NCBI GenBank assembly: GCA_046290465.1
Contig: JBKAGP010000001.1
Span: 5,216,001-5,280,000 of the forward strand
DNA: 64,000 nt
Source: Planctomycetota bacterium
GTDB taxonomy: Bacteria; Planctomycetota; UBA1135; UBA2386
Reading direction: 5' to 3'
The notes below the pieces were generated by a model that saw nothing but the letters and a program-made list of their open reading frames with translations, was not told the DNA's origin and ran no database searches. Of the stretch, positions 19,334 to 29,732 are shown in pieces. A program made the translations under genes and the position numbers. Position 1 is the stretch's first letter, and every line of letters begins with the position of its first letter.

Positions 19334-21628
19334 ATGGACTGCGGCGACGAAATCATGAGTGAGTTCATCATCGAGACCTGTGAGGGACTCGACCAGTTGG
19401 ACCGCGACCTCGTGCTCCTCGAAGAGAACCCGTCGGAAGAGGTGCTGAGCAGGGTCTTCCGGACGATCCACACCATCAAGGGGGCGAGCGGCTTCCTCGC
19501 ACTGGCCAAGCTCGAGTCGGTCGCGCACGTCGGCGAGAACCTGCTCGTGCAGCTGCGCGACGGCAAGCAGTCGGTCACCCCCGAGGTGATCAGCGGCCTG
19601 CTGGGCATGGCGGACGCCGTGCGGGAGATCGTCGGCCATCTGGAGCGGGAGAAGTGCGAGGGCGATACGAGCTACGCGCCGTTGATCGAGGTCCTGACGA
19701 ATCTGCTGGCCGTCGATGCTCCGGGCGGCACCGCCGCGAACGCGCCTGCGAGTGCGCTGCCGCCGGCTGCGAACCCGCCAGCGAGCCCGCCAGCAGACTC
19801 ACAAGCGAGTCCCCCAACCAGCGCGGCGGGGGACGCGGACGTCGCGGCCCCGGCGGACCCACCGCCTGCGCCCGATCCCGTGCCGCCGCGGCCGACCGAG
19901 GCCGCCGCTACGACACCGCTGCGCGCCGAGGCGGCGTCCGTCGATGTCGCCAAACCGGCGATCGCGGACGCGAGCATCCGCGTCGACGTCAACCTGCTGG
20001 ACCGGCTGATGAACCTGGTCGGCGAGCTGGTGCTGGCACGCAACCAGATCCTGCAGTTCTCTTCGGACCACGAGGACACCCGCCTGACGGCCCCGATGCA
20101 GCGGCTCAACCAGGTCACGTCCGAGCTGCAGGAAGGGGTCATGAAGACCCGTATGCAGCCGATCGGCAACGCCTGGAGCAAGTTCCCGCGCGTCGTTCGT
20201 GACCTCGGGGTCACCTGCGGCAAGGCGGTCCGCATCGAGATGGAGGGACGCGACACCGAGCTCGACAAGTCGATCATCGAGTCGATCCGCGACCCGCTGA
20301 CGCATGCGCTCCGCAACGCGGTCGACCACGGCATCGAGTCGCCCGAGCGGCGGCGAGAAGTGGGCAAGCCCGAACAGGGATGCGTTCGCCTGCGAGCCTA
20401 CCACGAAGGAGGCCAGGTCAACATCGAGATCGCCGACGACGGCGGCGGCATCGATCCCGTCAAGATCCGCGACAAGGCCGTCGAGCGCGGCCTGGTGTCG
20501 AGCGAGCGCGTCTCGCGCATGAGCGACAAGGAGCTGATCAACCTGATCACGTTGCCGGGCTTCTCGACCGCGGAAGAGGTGACCAATGTCTCCGGTCGCG
20601 GGGTCGGCATGGACGTCGTCCGCACCAACATCGAACAGGTCGGGGGCGGGATCGACGTGCAGAGCACCGTCGGCGTCGGCACGACCATCCGCATCAAGAT
20701 CCCGCTGACGCTGGCGATCGTACCTGCGCTGACCGTCAGCCTCGGAACCGAGCGCTTCGCGATCCCCCAGGTCAACCTGCTCGAACTGGTCCGGCTCGAG
20801 GGCCAGCAGTGCCGGCGGATCGAACAGATCGGTGACGCCGAGGTCTATCGCCTGCGCGGACGGCTGCTGCCGCTCGTGCACCTCGACGCGATCCTCGGCC
20901 ACGCGCAGCCGAAACCGGCGATCGACGACGAAGAGGAGACCGTCAACATCGTCGTCCTGCAGGCTGGCGACGCGGTCTTCGGGCTCGTGGTCGACAGCGT
21001 GCTCGATACCGAGGAGATCGTCGTCAAGCCGCTCGGCAGGCTGCTGAAGGAGGTCCCGGTGTTCGCCGGCGCCGCGATCATGGGCGACGGTAAGGTCGCG
21101 CTGATCCTCGACGTCATGGGGCTGGCGCAGACGGCCGACATGCTCGGGGACGTCGCCCGCGGACGGGGCGACAAGGCCGAAGATGCCGCGCGCAGCGACG
21201 AGCTGGACGATGGCGCCATGCTGCTGATCGGCAACGCCGACGGCAGCCGTTCGGCGATGCCGCTGGAGACGATCGCGCGCCTCGAAGAGTTCGAGCCGGG
21301 CATCGTCGAGGTGTCCGGTCGCCGTGAAGTCGTGCAGTACCGCGGCGAGATCATGCCGTTGGTCCGACTCGACGCGATGCTCGGAAGCGCGGCGGAAGCC
21401 GTCGGCGACTCGATGCAGGTCGTGGTCGTCCGTCACCGTGAGCGCACCGTCGGGGTTCAGGTGCACCAGATCCTCGACACCGTGGACACACACCTCGGCG
21501 GCGAAGCCGACGACCTGCCGGATTCCGTCGCGGTCGACGGCCGCGTGACCGAGTTGATTGACATCGGTTCGTTGCTGGACCGGGCGCTCCCTGCCAACAG
21601 CAGGGCTGGTGAGGAGGTCCTGCAATGA
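19334..21628 (+). CDS. cheA: Chemotaxis histidine kinase with two C-terminal CheW-like domains
   Basis: Hpt FRTIHTIKGASG, dimerisation NLVGELV, RNAVDHGIE, DDGGG, SGRGVGMDVV. Confidence 0.96.
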   Translation: MDCGDEIMSEFIIETCEGLDQLDRDLVLLEENPSEEVLSRVFRTIHTIKGASGFLALAKLESVAHVGENLLVQLRDGKQSVTPEVISGLLGMADAVREIVGHLEREKCEGDTSYAPLIEVLTNLLAVDAPGGTAANAPASALPPAANPPASPPADSQASPPTSAAGDADVAAPADPPPAPDPVPPRPTEAAATTPLRAEAASVDVAKPAIADASIRVDVNLLDRLMNLVGELVLARNQILQFSSDHEDTRLTAPMQRLNQVTSELQEGVMKTRMQPIGNAWSKFPRVVRDLGVTCGKAVRIEMEGRDTELDKSIIESIRDPLTHALRNAVDHGIESPERRREVGKPEQGCVRLRAYHEGGQVNIEIADDGGGIDPVKIRDKAVERGLVSSERVSRMSDKELINLITLPGFSTAEEVTNVSGRGVGMDVVRTNIEQVGGGIDVQSTVGVGTTIRIKIPLTLAIVPALTVSLGTERFAIPQVNLLELVRLEGQQCRRIEQIGDAEVYRLRGRLLPLVHLDAILGHAQPKPAIDDEEETVNIVVLQAGDAVFGLVVDSVLDTEEIVVKPLGRLLKEVPVFAGAAIMGDGKVALILDVMGLAQTADMLGDVARGRGDKAEDAARSDELDDGAMLLIGNADGSRSAMPLETIARLEEFEPGIVEVSGRREVVQYRGEIMPLVRLDAMLGSAAEAVGDSMQVVVVRHRERTVGVQVHQILDTVDTHLGGEADDLPDSVAVDGRVTELIDIGSLLDRALPANSRAGEEVLQ

Positions 21629-22095
21629 CGAACGCGATGCAGTACTGCACGTTCTGGTTGGACGGGTTGTTCCTCGGGATCGAGGTGCAGCGCGTCCAAG
21701 AGGTGCTCCGGCACCTGCCGATGACCGACGTGCCGCTGGTGTCGGGCGTGATCAGCGGCCTGATCAATCTGCGCGGTCAGATCGTCACGGCGATCAACCT
21801 GCGCGAACGCATGGAGCTGCCGCAGTTCCCGGGTGAGGCCGACGAGCAGATGAACTTCGTCGTGCGCTGCGACGACGACGTCGTGAGCCTGCTCGTGGAC
21901 CGCATCGGCGACGTCGTCGAGGTCACCGAGGAGGCGCTCGAGGCGCCGCCGCCGACGATCGCCGGCGTGTGCCGGGACGTCATCCGGGGCGTGAACAAGA
22001 TGCCCGACGGGTTGCTGCTGTTGCTCGACCTCGATCGGGCTCTGGCGATCACGCCGACGCTCACAGCCACCGAGGCGATCCAACCCGCGTCCTGA
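21625..22095 (+). CDS. cheW: Chemotaxis coupling protein
   Basis: [23 protein letters not shown]. Confidence 0.95.
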   Translation: MTNAMQYCTFWLDGLFLGIEVQRVQEVLRHLPMTDVPLVSGVISGLINLRGQIVTAINLRERMELPQFPGEADEQMNFVVRCDDDVVSLLVDRIGDVVEVTEEALEAPPPTIAGVCRDVIRGVNKMPDGLLLLLDLDRALAITPTLTATEAIQPAS

Positions 22096-22154
22096 AGACA
22101 TCCGAACAACGACCACGAACCGCCAGCCACAACCAACGCCCGAGGGAGATCGAG

Positions 22155-24092
22155 ATGACCACGAATGAGGTGTCCGCGTCCGGCACGAACGACAACATGG
22201 AGAAGCACGAAGACCTGCGTCACAGGCTCGATGCCATCGACCGGTCGATGGCCATGATCGAGTTCTCGACCGATGGCACGATCCTGAACGCCAACGCCAA
22301 CTTCCTGTCGACGATGGGCTACTCGCTCGAGGATGTCGTCGGCAAGAAGCACGCGATGTTCGTCGTCGAGGAGGAACGGGCATCGAAGGGCTACCAGCGG
22401 TTCTGGAAGTCGCTGGCCGGCGGTCAGCATCAGGTCGGCGAGGTGCGGCGCGCCGATGCCCATGGCGACGACGTGTGGTTGCAGGCCTCGTACAACCCGG
22501 TCCTCGACGCCGACGGCAAGGTCAGCAAGGTCGTCAAGATCGCCTCGGACATCACCGAGCAGCGTCGCCAGGCGGCGGGCTACCGCGGCCAGATCGAGGC
22601 GATCGACAAGGTCATGGCCGTCATCGAGTTCGAGCTGGACGGCACGATCGTGCGCGCCAACAAGAACTTCCTCGATACCGTCGGCTACGAACTCGACGAG
22701 ATCCAGGGCCAGCACCACTCGATGTTCGTCGACGAGCAGGAGCGCGAGTCCAGCGAATACAAGGCGTTCTGGGAGCGTCTCGGGCAGGGGCGGGCGTTCT
22801 CCGGTGAGTTCCGCCGGATCGGAGCGGACGGCAAGGAGGTGTGGATCCAGGCCTCGTACAACCCGATCCGGGGCGACGACGGGCGGCCGACCAAGGTCAT
22901 CAAGTACGCGCAGGAGATCACCGCGGCCGTACAGCAGCGGCTGATGAACAGCCGCTACGCGTCGATGGTGGACGGCATGCCGATGGGCACGATGTTCACC
23001 GATCGCGACCTGGTGGTCCGCTACATGAACCGTTCGTCAGCCGAGCGCCTGCGCACGCTGCAGGAGTACCTGCCGATCCCGGTCGATCGCATCCTCGGCT
23101 CGAGCGTCGACGTGTTCCACAAGGACCCGGCGCACCAGCGCACGATCCTCGCCGATCCCGCCAACCTGCCGCGCAAGGCCGTCATCGACGTCGGCCCGGA
23201 GAAGGTCGAACTGCTCGTCTCGGCCGTGCACGACCAAGACGGCCAGCTGCTCGGCACGATGGTCAACTGGGAGATCATCACGCAGAAGCTGCACATCGAG
23301 AGCCAGCTGACGGAGAGCGCGATGGCCCTGGCGAGCGCCGCGGAGGAGCTGACGGCGACCAGCGACCAGATGGCCGGCAACGCCGAGCAGGCCGCCGGCA
23401 AGGCCGGCGACGTCTCGCAGTCGGCGGACTTCATCAGCACGACGATCAAGACCGTCGCGACCGGTGCCCGCGAACTGGAGGTCAGCATCAAGGAGATCTC
23501 GGAGAGCGCCACCCAGGCGGCCGGGGTCGCGACCGAGGCGGTGACCGTCGCGGAGCAGACCAACGAGACGATCAACAAGCTCGGCGAAAGCAGCGCCGAG
23601 ATCGGCAAGGTGATCAAGGTGATCACCTCGATCGCCCAGCAGACCAACCTGTTGGCGCTCAACGCCACCATCGAGGCGGCCCGTGCCGGCGAGGCCGGCA
23701 AGGGGTTCGCGGTCGTGGCCAACGAGGTCAAGGAACTCGCCAAGGAGACGGCCAAGGCGACCGAGGAGATCGGCCAGAAGATCGAGGCGATCCAGTCGGA
23801 CACCGGCGGCGCCGTGCGGGCGATCGGGGAGATCTCGAAGGTCATCCAGAAGATCAACGACATCCAGTCGACGATCGCCAGCGCGGTCGAGGAGCAGACC
23901 GCGACGACCAACGAGATCGGCCGCAACATCCAGGAGGCCGCGAGCGGCAGTTCGCAGATCGCCGAGAACGTCGGCAGCGTCGCCAAGGAGGCGCGCGGGG
24001 TCTCCGAGGGCGCAGGCGACACCCGCCGGGCGGCCGTCGATCTCGCCGAGATCGCGACCAAGCTCCAGGCCCTGGTCGGGACCGGTTCCTAG
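22155..24092 (+). CDS. Soluble methyl-accepting chemotaxis protein with three PAS domains
   Basis: Two PAS-PAC repeats, third PAS with [11 protein letters not shown], signalling core [27 protein letters not shown]; no TM helix. Confidence 0.95.
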   Translation: MTTNEVSASGTNDNMEKHEDLRHRLDAIDRSMAMIEFSTDGTILNANANFLSTMGYSLEDVVGKKHAMFVVEEERASKGYQRFWKSLAGGQHQVGEVRRADAHGDDVWLQASYNPVLDADGKVSKVVKIASDITEQRRQAAGYRGQIEAIDKVMAVIEFELDGTIVRANKNFLDTVGYELDEIQGQHHSMFVDEQERESSEYKAFWERLGQGRAFSGEFRRIGADGKEVWIQASYNPIRGDDGRPTKVIKYAQEITAAVQQRLMNSRYASMVDGMPMGTMFTDRDLVVRYMNRSSAERLRTLQEYLPIPVDRILGSSVDVFHKDPAHQRTILADPANLPRKAVIDVGPEKVELLVSAVHDQDGQLLGTMVNWEIITQKLHIESQLTESAMALASAAEELTATSDQMAGNAEQAAGKAGDVSQSADFISTTIKTVATGARELEVSIKEISESATQAAGVATEAVTVAEQTNETINKLGESSAEIGKVIKVITSIAQQTNLLALNATIEAARAGEAGKGFAVVANEVKELAKETAKATEEIGQKIEAIQSDTGGAVRAIGEISKVIQKINDIQSTIASAVEEQTATTNEIGRNIQEAASGSSQIAENVGSVAKEARGVSEGAGDTRRAAVDLAEIATKLQALVGTGS

Positions 24093-24103
24093 GAGCTGCC
24101 ATC

Positions 24104-24484
24104 ATGGACGTTCTGATCGTCGACGACTCGCGCGCCGTTCGCGCGCACATCACGAGGATGATGCAGGCGCTCGGTGCGAACTGCACCGGCGCCGGTGACG
24201 GGCGTGAGGCCCTCGAGGTGCTGTCACAGGGCAGCTTCGAGCTGGCGTTGATCGACTGGAACATGCCCGAGCTGGATGGCTACGGGCTGTTGCAGGAGCT
24301 GGCCGGCATGCCGCAGCACGGCGCGATGAAGAAGGTCATGTGCACCTCGGTCACCGACGGAGACAGCATGGTCAAGGCGCTCGACGCGGGCGCCGACGAC
24401 TACCTGATGAAGCCGTTCGACCAGGCCGTCCTGGCCGACAAGTTGCGGTTGCTCGGCCTGGAGGTCGACGAACCCTCCCGATGA
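24104..24484 (+). CDS. cheY: Chemotaxis response regulator
   Basis: Stand-alone receiver: VDD, DWNMP, T, KPF; AGGAG SD. Confidence 0.9.
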   Translation: MDVLIVDDSRAVRAHITRMMQALGANCTGAGDGREALEVLSQGSFELALIDWNMPELDGYGLLQELAGMPQHGAMKKVMCTSVTDGDSMVKALDAGADDYLMKPFDQAVLADKLRLLGLEVDEPSR

Positions 24485-25545
24485 CCGCTCGCGTACTCAT
24501 CATCGACGATTCGGTCGTCGCCCGGCAGTCGCTGGCGCGCGCGCTCGGTGCCCAACCGGACATCGATGCGCTGCGGCCCGCGGCGAGCGGCAAGCTCGGT
24601 CTCGAACGGATCCAGGGTGAGCCCGTCGACCTCGTCGTGCTCGACGTCGAAATGCCGGAGATGGACGGCCTCGAGACGTTGCGGGAGATCCGTTCGCTCG
24701 CGCCGAAGGTGCCGGTGGTGATGTTCAGCGCGCTGACCGAACGGGGTGCGGCCACCACGATCGAGGCCCTGGCATCGGGCGCCTCCGACTATCTCGCGAA
24801 GCCGACCACCCGCGCCGGCGAGCAGCGCACGTTCGAGGACGTGACCGCGGACCTGGTGCGCATCATCCGGGGTCTGGTGACCGGACCGACGCCGAAGCCG
24901 GCTCCGGCGAGCGGGCCGCCGGCGGTGGCGGTGCCGGCTGCGCACGCACCCGACGAGCCGCTGGAGCTCGTCGTCGTGGGGTCGTCGACGGGTGGACCGA
25001 ACGCGCTCTCGCAGCTGTTCGCGCAGCTGCCCGACTCGCTCGACGTCCCGATCGTCATCTGCCAGCACATGCCGCGCGAGTTCACGGGCCAGCTGGCCGC
25101 GCGTCTCGACCGGGAGTGTGGGCGACATGTCGTCGAGGCGACCGACGGCCTGTCGTTGCGCCGCCGTGAGGTCTGCGTGGCGCGGGGAGGCGTGCACCTC
25201 GTCGTCGAACGTAGCCTCTCCGGACCGGTGATGCGGTTCGACGACCGCCCGCAGGTGCAGTCGTGCAAGCCCTCGGTCGACGTGCTGTTCGAGAGTGCTG
25301 CACGGCAGTATCGCCGGCGCGCGCTCGGCGTCGTGCTGACGGGAATGGGGCAGGACGGCCTCGAAGGAAGCCGAGCCATGGTCTCCCAGGGAGCCAGGAT
25401 CCTGGTGCAGGATCAGGAGAGCTCGGTCGTCTGGGGCATGCCGGGGGTCGTCGCGCAGGCGGGCCTCGCCAGTGCGGTGTTGCCGCTGGGCGGCCTTGCG
25501 GAGGCGGTCCACACGCGGGCGCAAGCCAAGGGAGGTCGGTCGTGA
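24481..25545 (+). CDS. cheB: Protein-glutamate methylesterase
   Basis: Receiver plus GSSTGG, QHMP, KPSVD, LTGMGQDG, VVWGMP. Confidence 0.96.
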   Translation: MTARVLIIDDSVVARQSLARALGAQPDIDALRPAASGKLGLERIQGEPVDLVVLDVEMPEMDGLETLREIRSLAPKVPVVMFSALTERGAATTIEALASGASDYLAKPTTRAGEQRTFEDVTADLVRIIRGLVTGPTPKPAPASGPPAVAVPAAHAPDEPLELVVVGSSTGGPNALSQLFAQLPDSLDVPIVICQHMPREFTGQLAARLDRECGRHVVEATDGLSLRRREVCVARGGVHLVVERSLSGPVMRFDDRPQVQSCKPSVDVLFESAARQYRRRALGVVLTGMGQDGLEGSRAMVSQGARILVQDQESSVVWGMPGVVAQAGLASAVLPLGGLAEAVHTRAQAKGGRS

Positions 25546-26378
25546 CGCTCGGTTCGTCGTCGTTCCGGATCGTGCAGAGGCTGGTGCGAAAGGCCTCGGG
25601 CATCGTGCTAGGCGAAGGCAAGGAATACCTGGTCGAGTCGCGGCTTCTGCCGCTGTGCAAGACCACCGGCTGTTCGTCCATTGACGATCTGGTCCGCCGA
25701 GTCGACGGCGACGCGAAGCTCGCAGCCGTCGTCGTGGATGCATTGACGACCAATGAGACGAGCTTCCTGCGCGACCTGCACCCGTTCGAGTGCTTCTGTG
25801 AGACGGTCGTGCCGCAACTGATGGCAGCGCGTGCCGGGGAGCGCCGCCTGCGCATCTGGTCGGCGGCCTGTTCGACCGGGCAGGAGCCGTACACGTTGTC
25901 GATGCTGCTGGCGGATCGCTTTCCCGAACTCGCGGACTGGGACGTCAAGATCCTCGCGACCGACATCTCCGAACGGGTGTTGGAGAAGGCGCGCAGCGGC
26001 CGCTTCTCGCAGCTCGAGGTCAACCGTGGCCTGCCCGCGAAGTTGATGGTGAAGAACTTCAAGCGCATCGGCACCGAGTGGCAGGCCAGGCCCGAGCTCG
26101 CCCGATGCATCGAGTTCCGCCAGTTGAACCTGGTGGAGCGATGGTCCGGCATGGAGCAGTACGACGTCGTGTTGCTGCGCAACGTGATGATCTACTTCGA
26201 TGTCGAGACCAAGGCAGCGGTGCTCGGCAAGGTTCGCTCGGCCATGCGGGACGGCGGTTGGCTGCTGTTGGGTGCCGCGGAGACGACGACCGGCCTGAGC
26301 GAGGACTTCGAGCGCGACTCCGGCACCGAGTCGCTCTTCTACCGTGCGACCAGCAGAGGAGCGTTGCCGTGCAGGTGA
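25542..26378 (+). CDS. cheR: Chemotaxis methyltransferase
   Basis: TTNETSFLR, IWSAACSTGQEPY, ATDIS, RNVMIYF. Confidence 0.96.
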   Translation: MTLGSSSFRIVQRLVRKASGIVLGEGKEYLVESRLLPLCKTTGCSSIDDLVRRVDGDAKLAAVVVDALTTNETSFLRDLHPFECFCETVVPQLMAARAGERRLRIWSAACSTGQEPYTLSMLLADRFPELADWDVKILATDISERVLEKARSGRFSQLEVNRGLPAKLMVKNFKRIGTEWQARPELARCIEFRQLNLVERWSGMEQYDVVLLRNVMIYFDVETKAAVLGKVRSAMRDGGWLLLGAAETTTGLSEDFERDSGTESLFYRATSRGALPCR

Positions 26379-26800
26379 ATCGAGAGCAGTTGGCCGAGGT
26401 CGTCTCGGCAGCTTGGAACGTGACGGCCGGAGTTCGTGTCGAGCCCTGCGCGGCAGCAACCGAGCGGGGGCCCGAGGTCTGGGCGCAGGTGCCGCTGAAG
26501 GGGGCATGGTCCGGAGTGCTGGCGATGGGCGCGCCCAAGGCCGCGCTCGATGTCGCCGCGGCCGTCATGTTCGGTTGCGCCGTCGATGACGTCACGGATC
26601 AGGATCGCCAGGACGTCGCGCTCGAGTTGGTCAACGTGGTCGGTGGCAACCTCGCGCCGGTGTTCGGGGACGGCTGCCTGATCGGCCTGCCCTCGCCCGG
26701 GGCCTCTTGCGAGGGCGACAGCGTGCTGCGGCAGGAGTTTGCCCTCGATGGGATGACCATCGTCGCGGCCTGCTTTGAATCCGTACCTGCCGGTCACTGA
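26369..26800 (+). CDS. cheX: Chemotaxis phosphatase CheX-like
   Basis: ELVNVVGGN (ExxN) and following LP motif; GAGGAG SD. Confidence 0.82.
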   Translation: MQVNREQLAEVVSAAWNVTAGVRVEPCAAATERGPEVWAQVPLKGAWSGVLAMGAPKAALDVAAAVMFGCAVDDVTDQDRQDVALELVNVVGGNLAPVFGDGCLIGLPSPGASCEGDSVLRQEFALDGMTIVAACFESVPAGH

Positions 26801-26849
26801 CCGCCATTGGCGGATTGGTTGCCCGGCGCGCCGAACATAGAGTCCGCGC

Positions 26850-27674
26850 GTGGACGTGCTGCTGTGGATCCTGTTCGGCGTGCTGCCGGCGATCGCAACG
26901 GTGCTGTTCGGCGTCGGGGTCGCCGGGCCGCGCTGGCTGGCGCTGGCGCTGGCGGTCGCCGTCTGCGTTCCGTTCGGCATGTCCGACGGCTGGCCGGCGT
27001 GGCCGTGGCAACTGGACCTGCTGCACGGTGCGCCGCGGCCGGCGCTGTGGTGGACGCTGCTGCTCGGCGGCCTGCTCGGTAGCGCCTACGACCTGCGCGC
27101 GCTGCCGCGCGTGCTCGCGATCGGGCTCGAAGTGATCCTGGTCGCGATGCTGCCGTGGTTGCTGTCCGCGCCGCTGCGCCAGAACTGGTCGTTCGAAGGC
27201 TGCCTGCTGTACCTGGCGGTCGGGTGGGCGGGGATGGCTGCGCTGTGGTGGGGGCTGCGCAAGGCGGCGAAGGCGCAACCGGGCCTCGCCGTGCCGCTGG
27301 CGATGACGATCGTGCTCGGTGTCGACGCCTGGCTGCTGCGGGCCGGCGGCGGCGAACCCGACTGGCAGCTCGCCGGCGTCGCCGCGGTCGCGCTCGGCTT
27401 CGCGGTGGTCACGACGATCTGGCGCCGGCCGTTCGAGTGCCGGACCGGGGCAGCGCTGTGCATGACGCTGGCGCACACCGGGCTGTTGCTGTGCGGGCGC
27501 AGCGAACGCGAACTGCTGCGCCTGCCGTTGGTGCTCGCGTGGCTTGGGCCGCTGCCGATGGCCGTGGTGGTGCTGCCGTGGTTCGCGCGGGCCCGTCGCA
27601 GTGGCGCCGTGCTCGGCGTGCTCGGCGTCGCGACCGCCGGCTGCTTCGCGATCTGGTCGAGCCTGCCGGAGTGA
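26850..27674 (+). CDS. Hypothetical polytopic membrane protein
   Basis: About 9-10 hydrophobic segments. Confidence 0.7.
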   Translation: MDVLLWILFGVLPAIATVLFGVGVAGPRWLALALAVAVCVPFGMSDGWPAWPWQLDLLHGAPRPALWWTLLLGGLLGSAYDLRALPRVLAIGLEVILVAMLPWLLSAPLRQNWSFEGCLLYLAVGWAGMAALWWGLRKAAKAQPGLAVPLAMTIVLGVDAWLLRAGGGEPDWQLAGVAAVALGFAVVTTIWRRPFECRTGAALCMTLAHTGLLLCGRSERELLRLPLVLAWLGPLPMAVVVLPWFARARRSGAVLGVLGVATAGCFAIWSSLPE

Positions 27675-27695
27675 GCCTGCTGCGTCGCGCGCTAC

Positions 27696-28601
27696 CTACC
27701 GGAGCCGCGGTGCGAAGCCGTGCTCGTCGTGGCTCATGCCGACGACGCCGAGCAGGACGGCGGCACGCTGCCAGCGCTGGTCCGCGACCGGGCCCGGCCA
27801 CAGCCCGTCCGCCGCTCGCGCATCGAGCAGCGTGGCCACCGGCGCCCATCGTCGGCGGCGGACGTCCGCGGGCCGGTTGCGCGTCACGTAGGCGGCAAAC
27901 CAGCTGTGCACCGGTCGGTGCTGCAGATCGGCGGGCCAGCGCGTCGGTGTGTCCGTAGCGCCGTCGCGCCGCAACAGCTCGGCGCGCACCGCGTCCGCGA
28001 GGTGGTCGGCACCGGCCGGCACCAGCTCGACCGCGACGCGCGCCTGGTGCACGGCGTCGAGCCGCAACACGCGGTGCTCGGGCTTGCCCAGGCAGTCGCT
28101 GAGGACCAGCAGCAGAGCGCCTTCTTCGGGGGTCGGCGCAGCGGCGCCGGGGGCGCGGAATCGTGCGATCAGATCCTCGGCGATCCGAACGGCCGGTTCG
28201 CGCAGCGGCCGGTAGCTGGTGTCGATCGCGGCGCGGGCGACGGCGACCGCGACCATCAGGTGCTCCGGCCGCGTTCGGCGGGGGAGCAGCGCGGACCGGC
28301 GCAGCCACTGCACGAGCCGGGTGCAGGCCTGCTTGTGCGGACCGCCGCGCATCGACGAACCGTGCGCGCTCAGGGCGAGCAGCTGCCATGCGGCCTCGAC
28401 CGGATCGCGCTCCTCGTCGCCCGTTGCCAGCGCGCGTCGTGCCAGCAGGTCGACCGGCTGCCGCGCGGCCGCACATGGCGACCCGAGCGTGTTGCCTCGG
28501 AGGGGGCGGCTGCCCCAGGCGTCGTCGCGCTGTGCCGATGCCAGCGCGGAGAGCATGGCGACGGCCAACCATCCGCCGCCACATCGCAAGGTGGAGTTCA
28601 T
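27696..28601 (-). CDS. Secreted helical protein, degenerate prenyltransferase/squalene-cyclase-like repeat; paralogue of 28598-29620
   Basis: Signal ending ASA-Q; shares AWQ.LAL.AHG...R.G..K.....L..WLR and DGLW...GMSH..GF with its neighbour. Confidence 0.6.
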   Translation of the reverse strand: MNSTLRCGGGWLAVAMLSALASAQRDDAWGSRPLRGNTLGSPCAAARQPVDLLARRALATGDEERDPVEAAWQLLALSAHGSSMRGGPHKQACTRLVQWLRRSALLPRRTRPEHLMVAVAVARAAIDTSYRPLREPAVRIAEDLIARFRAPGAAAPTPEEGALLLVLSDCLGKPEHRVLRLDAVHQARVAVELVPAGADHLADAVRAELLRRDGATDTPTRWPADLQHRPVHSWFAAYVTRNRPADVRRRRWAPVATLLDARAADGLWPGPVADQRWQRAAVLLGVVGMSHDEHGFAPRLR

Positions 28602-29620
28602 CGGAACGCGTACTCGGAGTCGTCCTTCGGCTGCTTCGGCTCGAACTCGACGAAGCCCTTCGGCTCGTGGCTCATGCCGATCACCGCCAGGATGCGGGCC
28701 GCCAGAAGGTTGCGGTCGCCATCGCCGGGCACGTCCCACAGCCCGTCCTTGGCGCGCACGCTGATCCACGGCTCGACCGACTGCCACTGCCGTTCGCGCA
28801 CCTTCGGCGGCAGCGAGCGGGTCACGAACGCGGCGAACACCGCCTGGAACGGGTCGCGGGCGACGTCACCGGGCCAGCAGATCGCGATCGTCAGGTCGGC
28901 CGGGTGCTCGGTGCCGGTCAGCCGTTCGAGCTGGTGGCGCACGGCGTCGGCCAGCTTGTCGCGGCCCGGTGGGATCGCGGTGACCGCGTCGGTGGCGATC
29001 TGGATCGCCTCGATCTCGAAGCGCGGCCACCGCCACTGCTGCATCGTCTGCGCGAACATCACCAGCAGCGCGGCTTCGCGCGAGGTCGCTGGCGCGGCGC
29101 CGTCGCGGGTGAACTTGTCGCGCACGTCGCTCCAGCCGCCTTGGACCGCCCGCTGCAGCAGCTTGTAGTCGGACTCGCGCTGCGCGCGCGCCACCGCGAA
29201 CGTCGCCAGCAGGTGCAGTTCGCGCGGCGTGTTCTCGTCGACGGTCGTGGGCGTTTGATTCGGCTGCATGCCCATGCGCAGCCACGCGATCAGCTTGCGG
29301 AACGCGTCCTTGCGGTGGCCGTAGCGCAGGTTGGCGCCGTGCGCGTCGAGCGCCAGCGCCTGCCAGGCGCCGAGCTCGAGGTTGCGGTAGCGATTCGGAC
29401 TCTGCTCGACTTTGGTGGCGATCTGGGCCAGCGTGTCGGCCAGCGCGACGCAGTTCTTGCCGAGCGTGTAGAGCTTGTCGTCGCCGATGCGTCGCACGGC
29501 GTCGGGGTCCTGGGCGGTGGCGAAGGCCGCCAGCGCGATCGTCGGCAGCAAGGATGCCAGCAAGGATGGCAGCAGGGATGCCAGCAGAGGTGGCAGCAGA
29601 GAAGGCAGCAGGGATTGCAC
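28598..29620 (-). CDS. Secreted helical protein, degenerate prenyltransferase-like; paralogue of 27696-28601
   Basis: Same shared motifs; signal ending ATA-Q; ATGA coupling to downstream paralogue. Confidence 0.65.
   Translation of the reverse strand: MQSLLPSLLPPLLASLLPSLLASLLPTIALAAFATAQDPDAVRRIGDDKLYTLGKNCVALADTLAQIATKVEQSPNRYRNLELGAWQALALDAHGANLRYGHRKDAFRKLIAWLRMGMQPNQTPTTVDENTPRELHLLATFAVARAQRESDYKLLQRAVQGGWSDVRDKFTRDGAAPATSREAALLVMFAQTMQQWRWPRFEIEAIQIATDAVTAIPPGRDKLADAVRHQLERLTGTEHPADLTIAICWPGDVARDPFQAVFAAFVTRSLPPKVRERQWQSVEPWISVRAKDGLWDVPGDGDRNLLAARILAVIGMSHEPKGFVEFEPKQPKDDSEYAFR
29544..29615. repeat. 6 x 12-bp tandem repeat in a signal peptide
   Basis: Consensus G(G/C)CAGCA(A/G)GGAT; encodes SLLP/SLLP/PLLA/SLLP/SLLA/SLLP. 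Confidence 0.85.
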
Positions 29621-29732
29621 GGGGCGTTGTCAACGGTGGGGCGGCGCAGTTGGTTCAGCATCTGTCCCGTTACGCGGCGCCGGGCTTGTGCCCCGTGGTC
29701 GGGGACTGACAATCGCCGATCCTACCGTGTCC

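Noticed and set aside
24089..24096. CTAGGAGC as a fourth copy of the dispersed repeat
   Set aside because: Only 8 bp match; explained by the MCP stop codon plus the cheY Shine-Dalgarno
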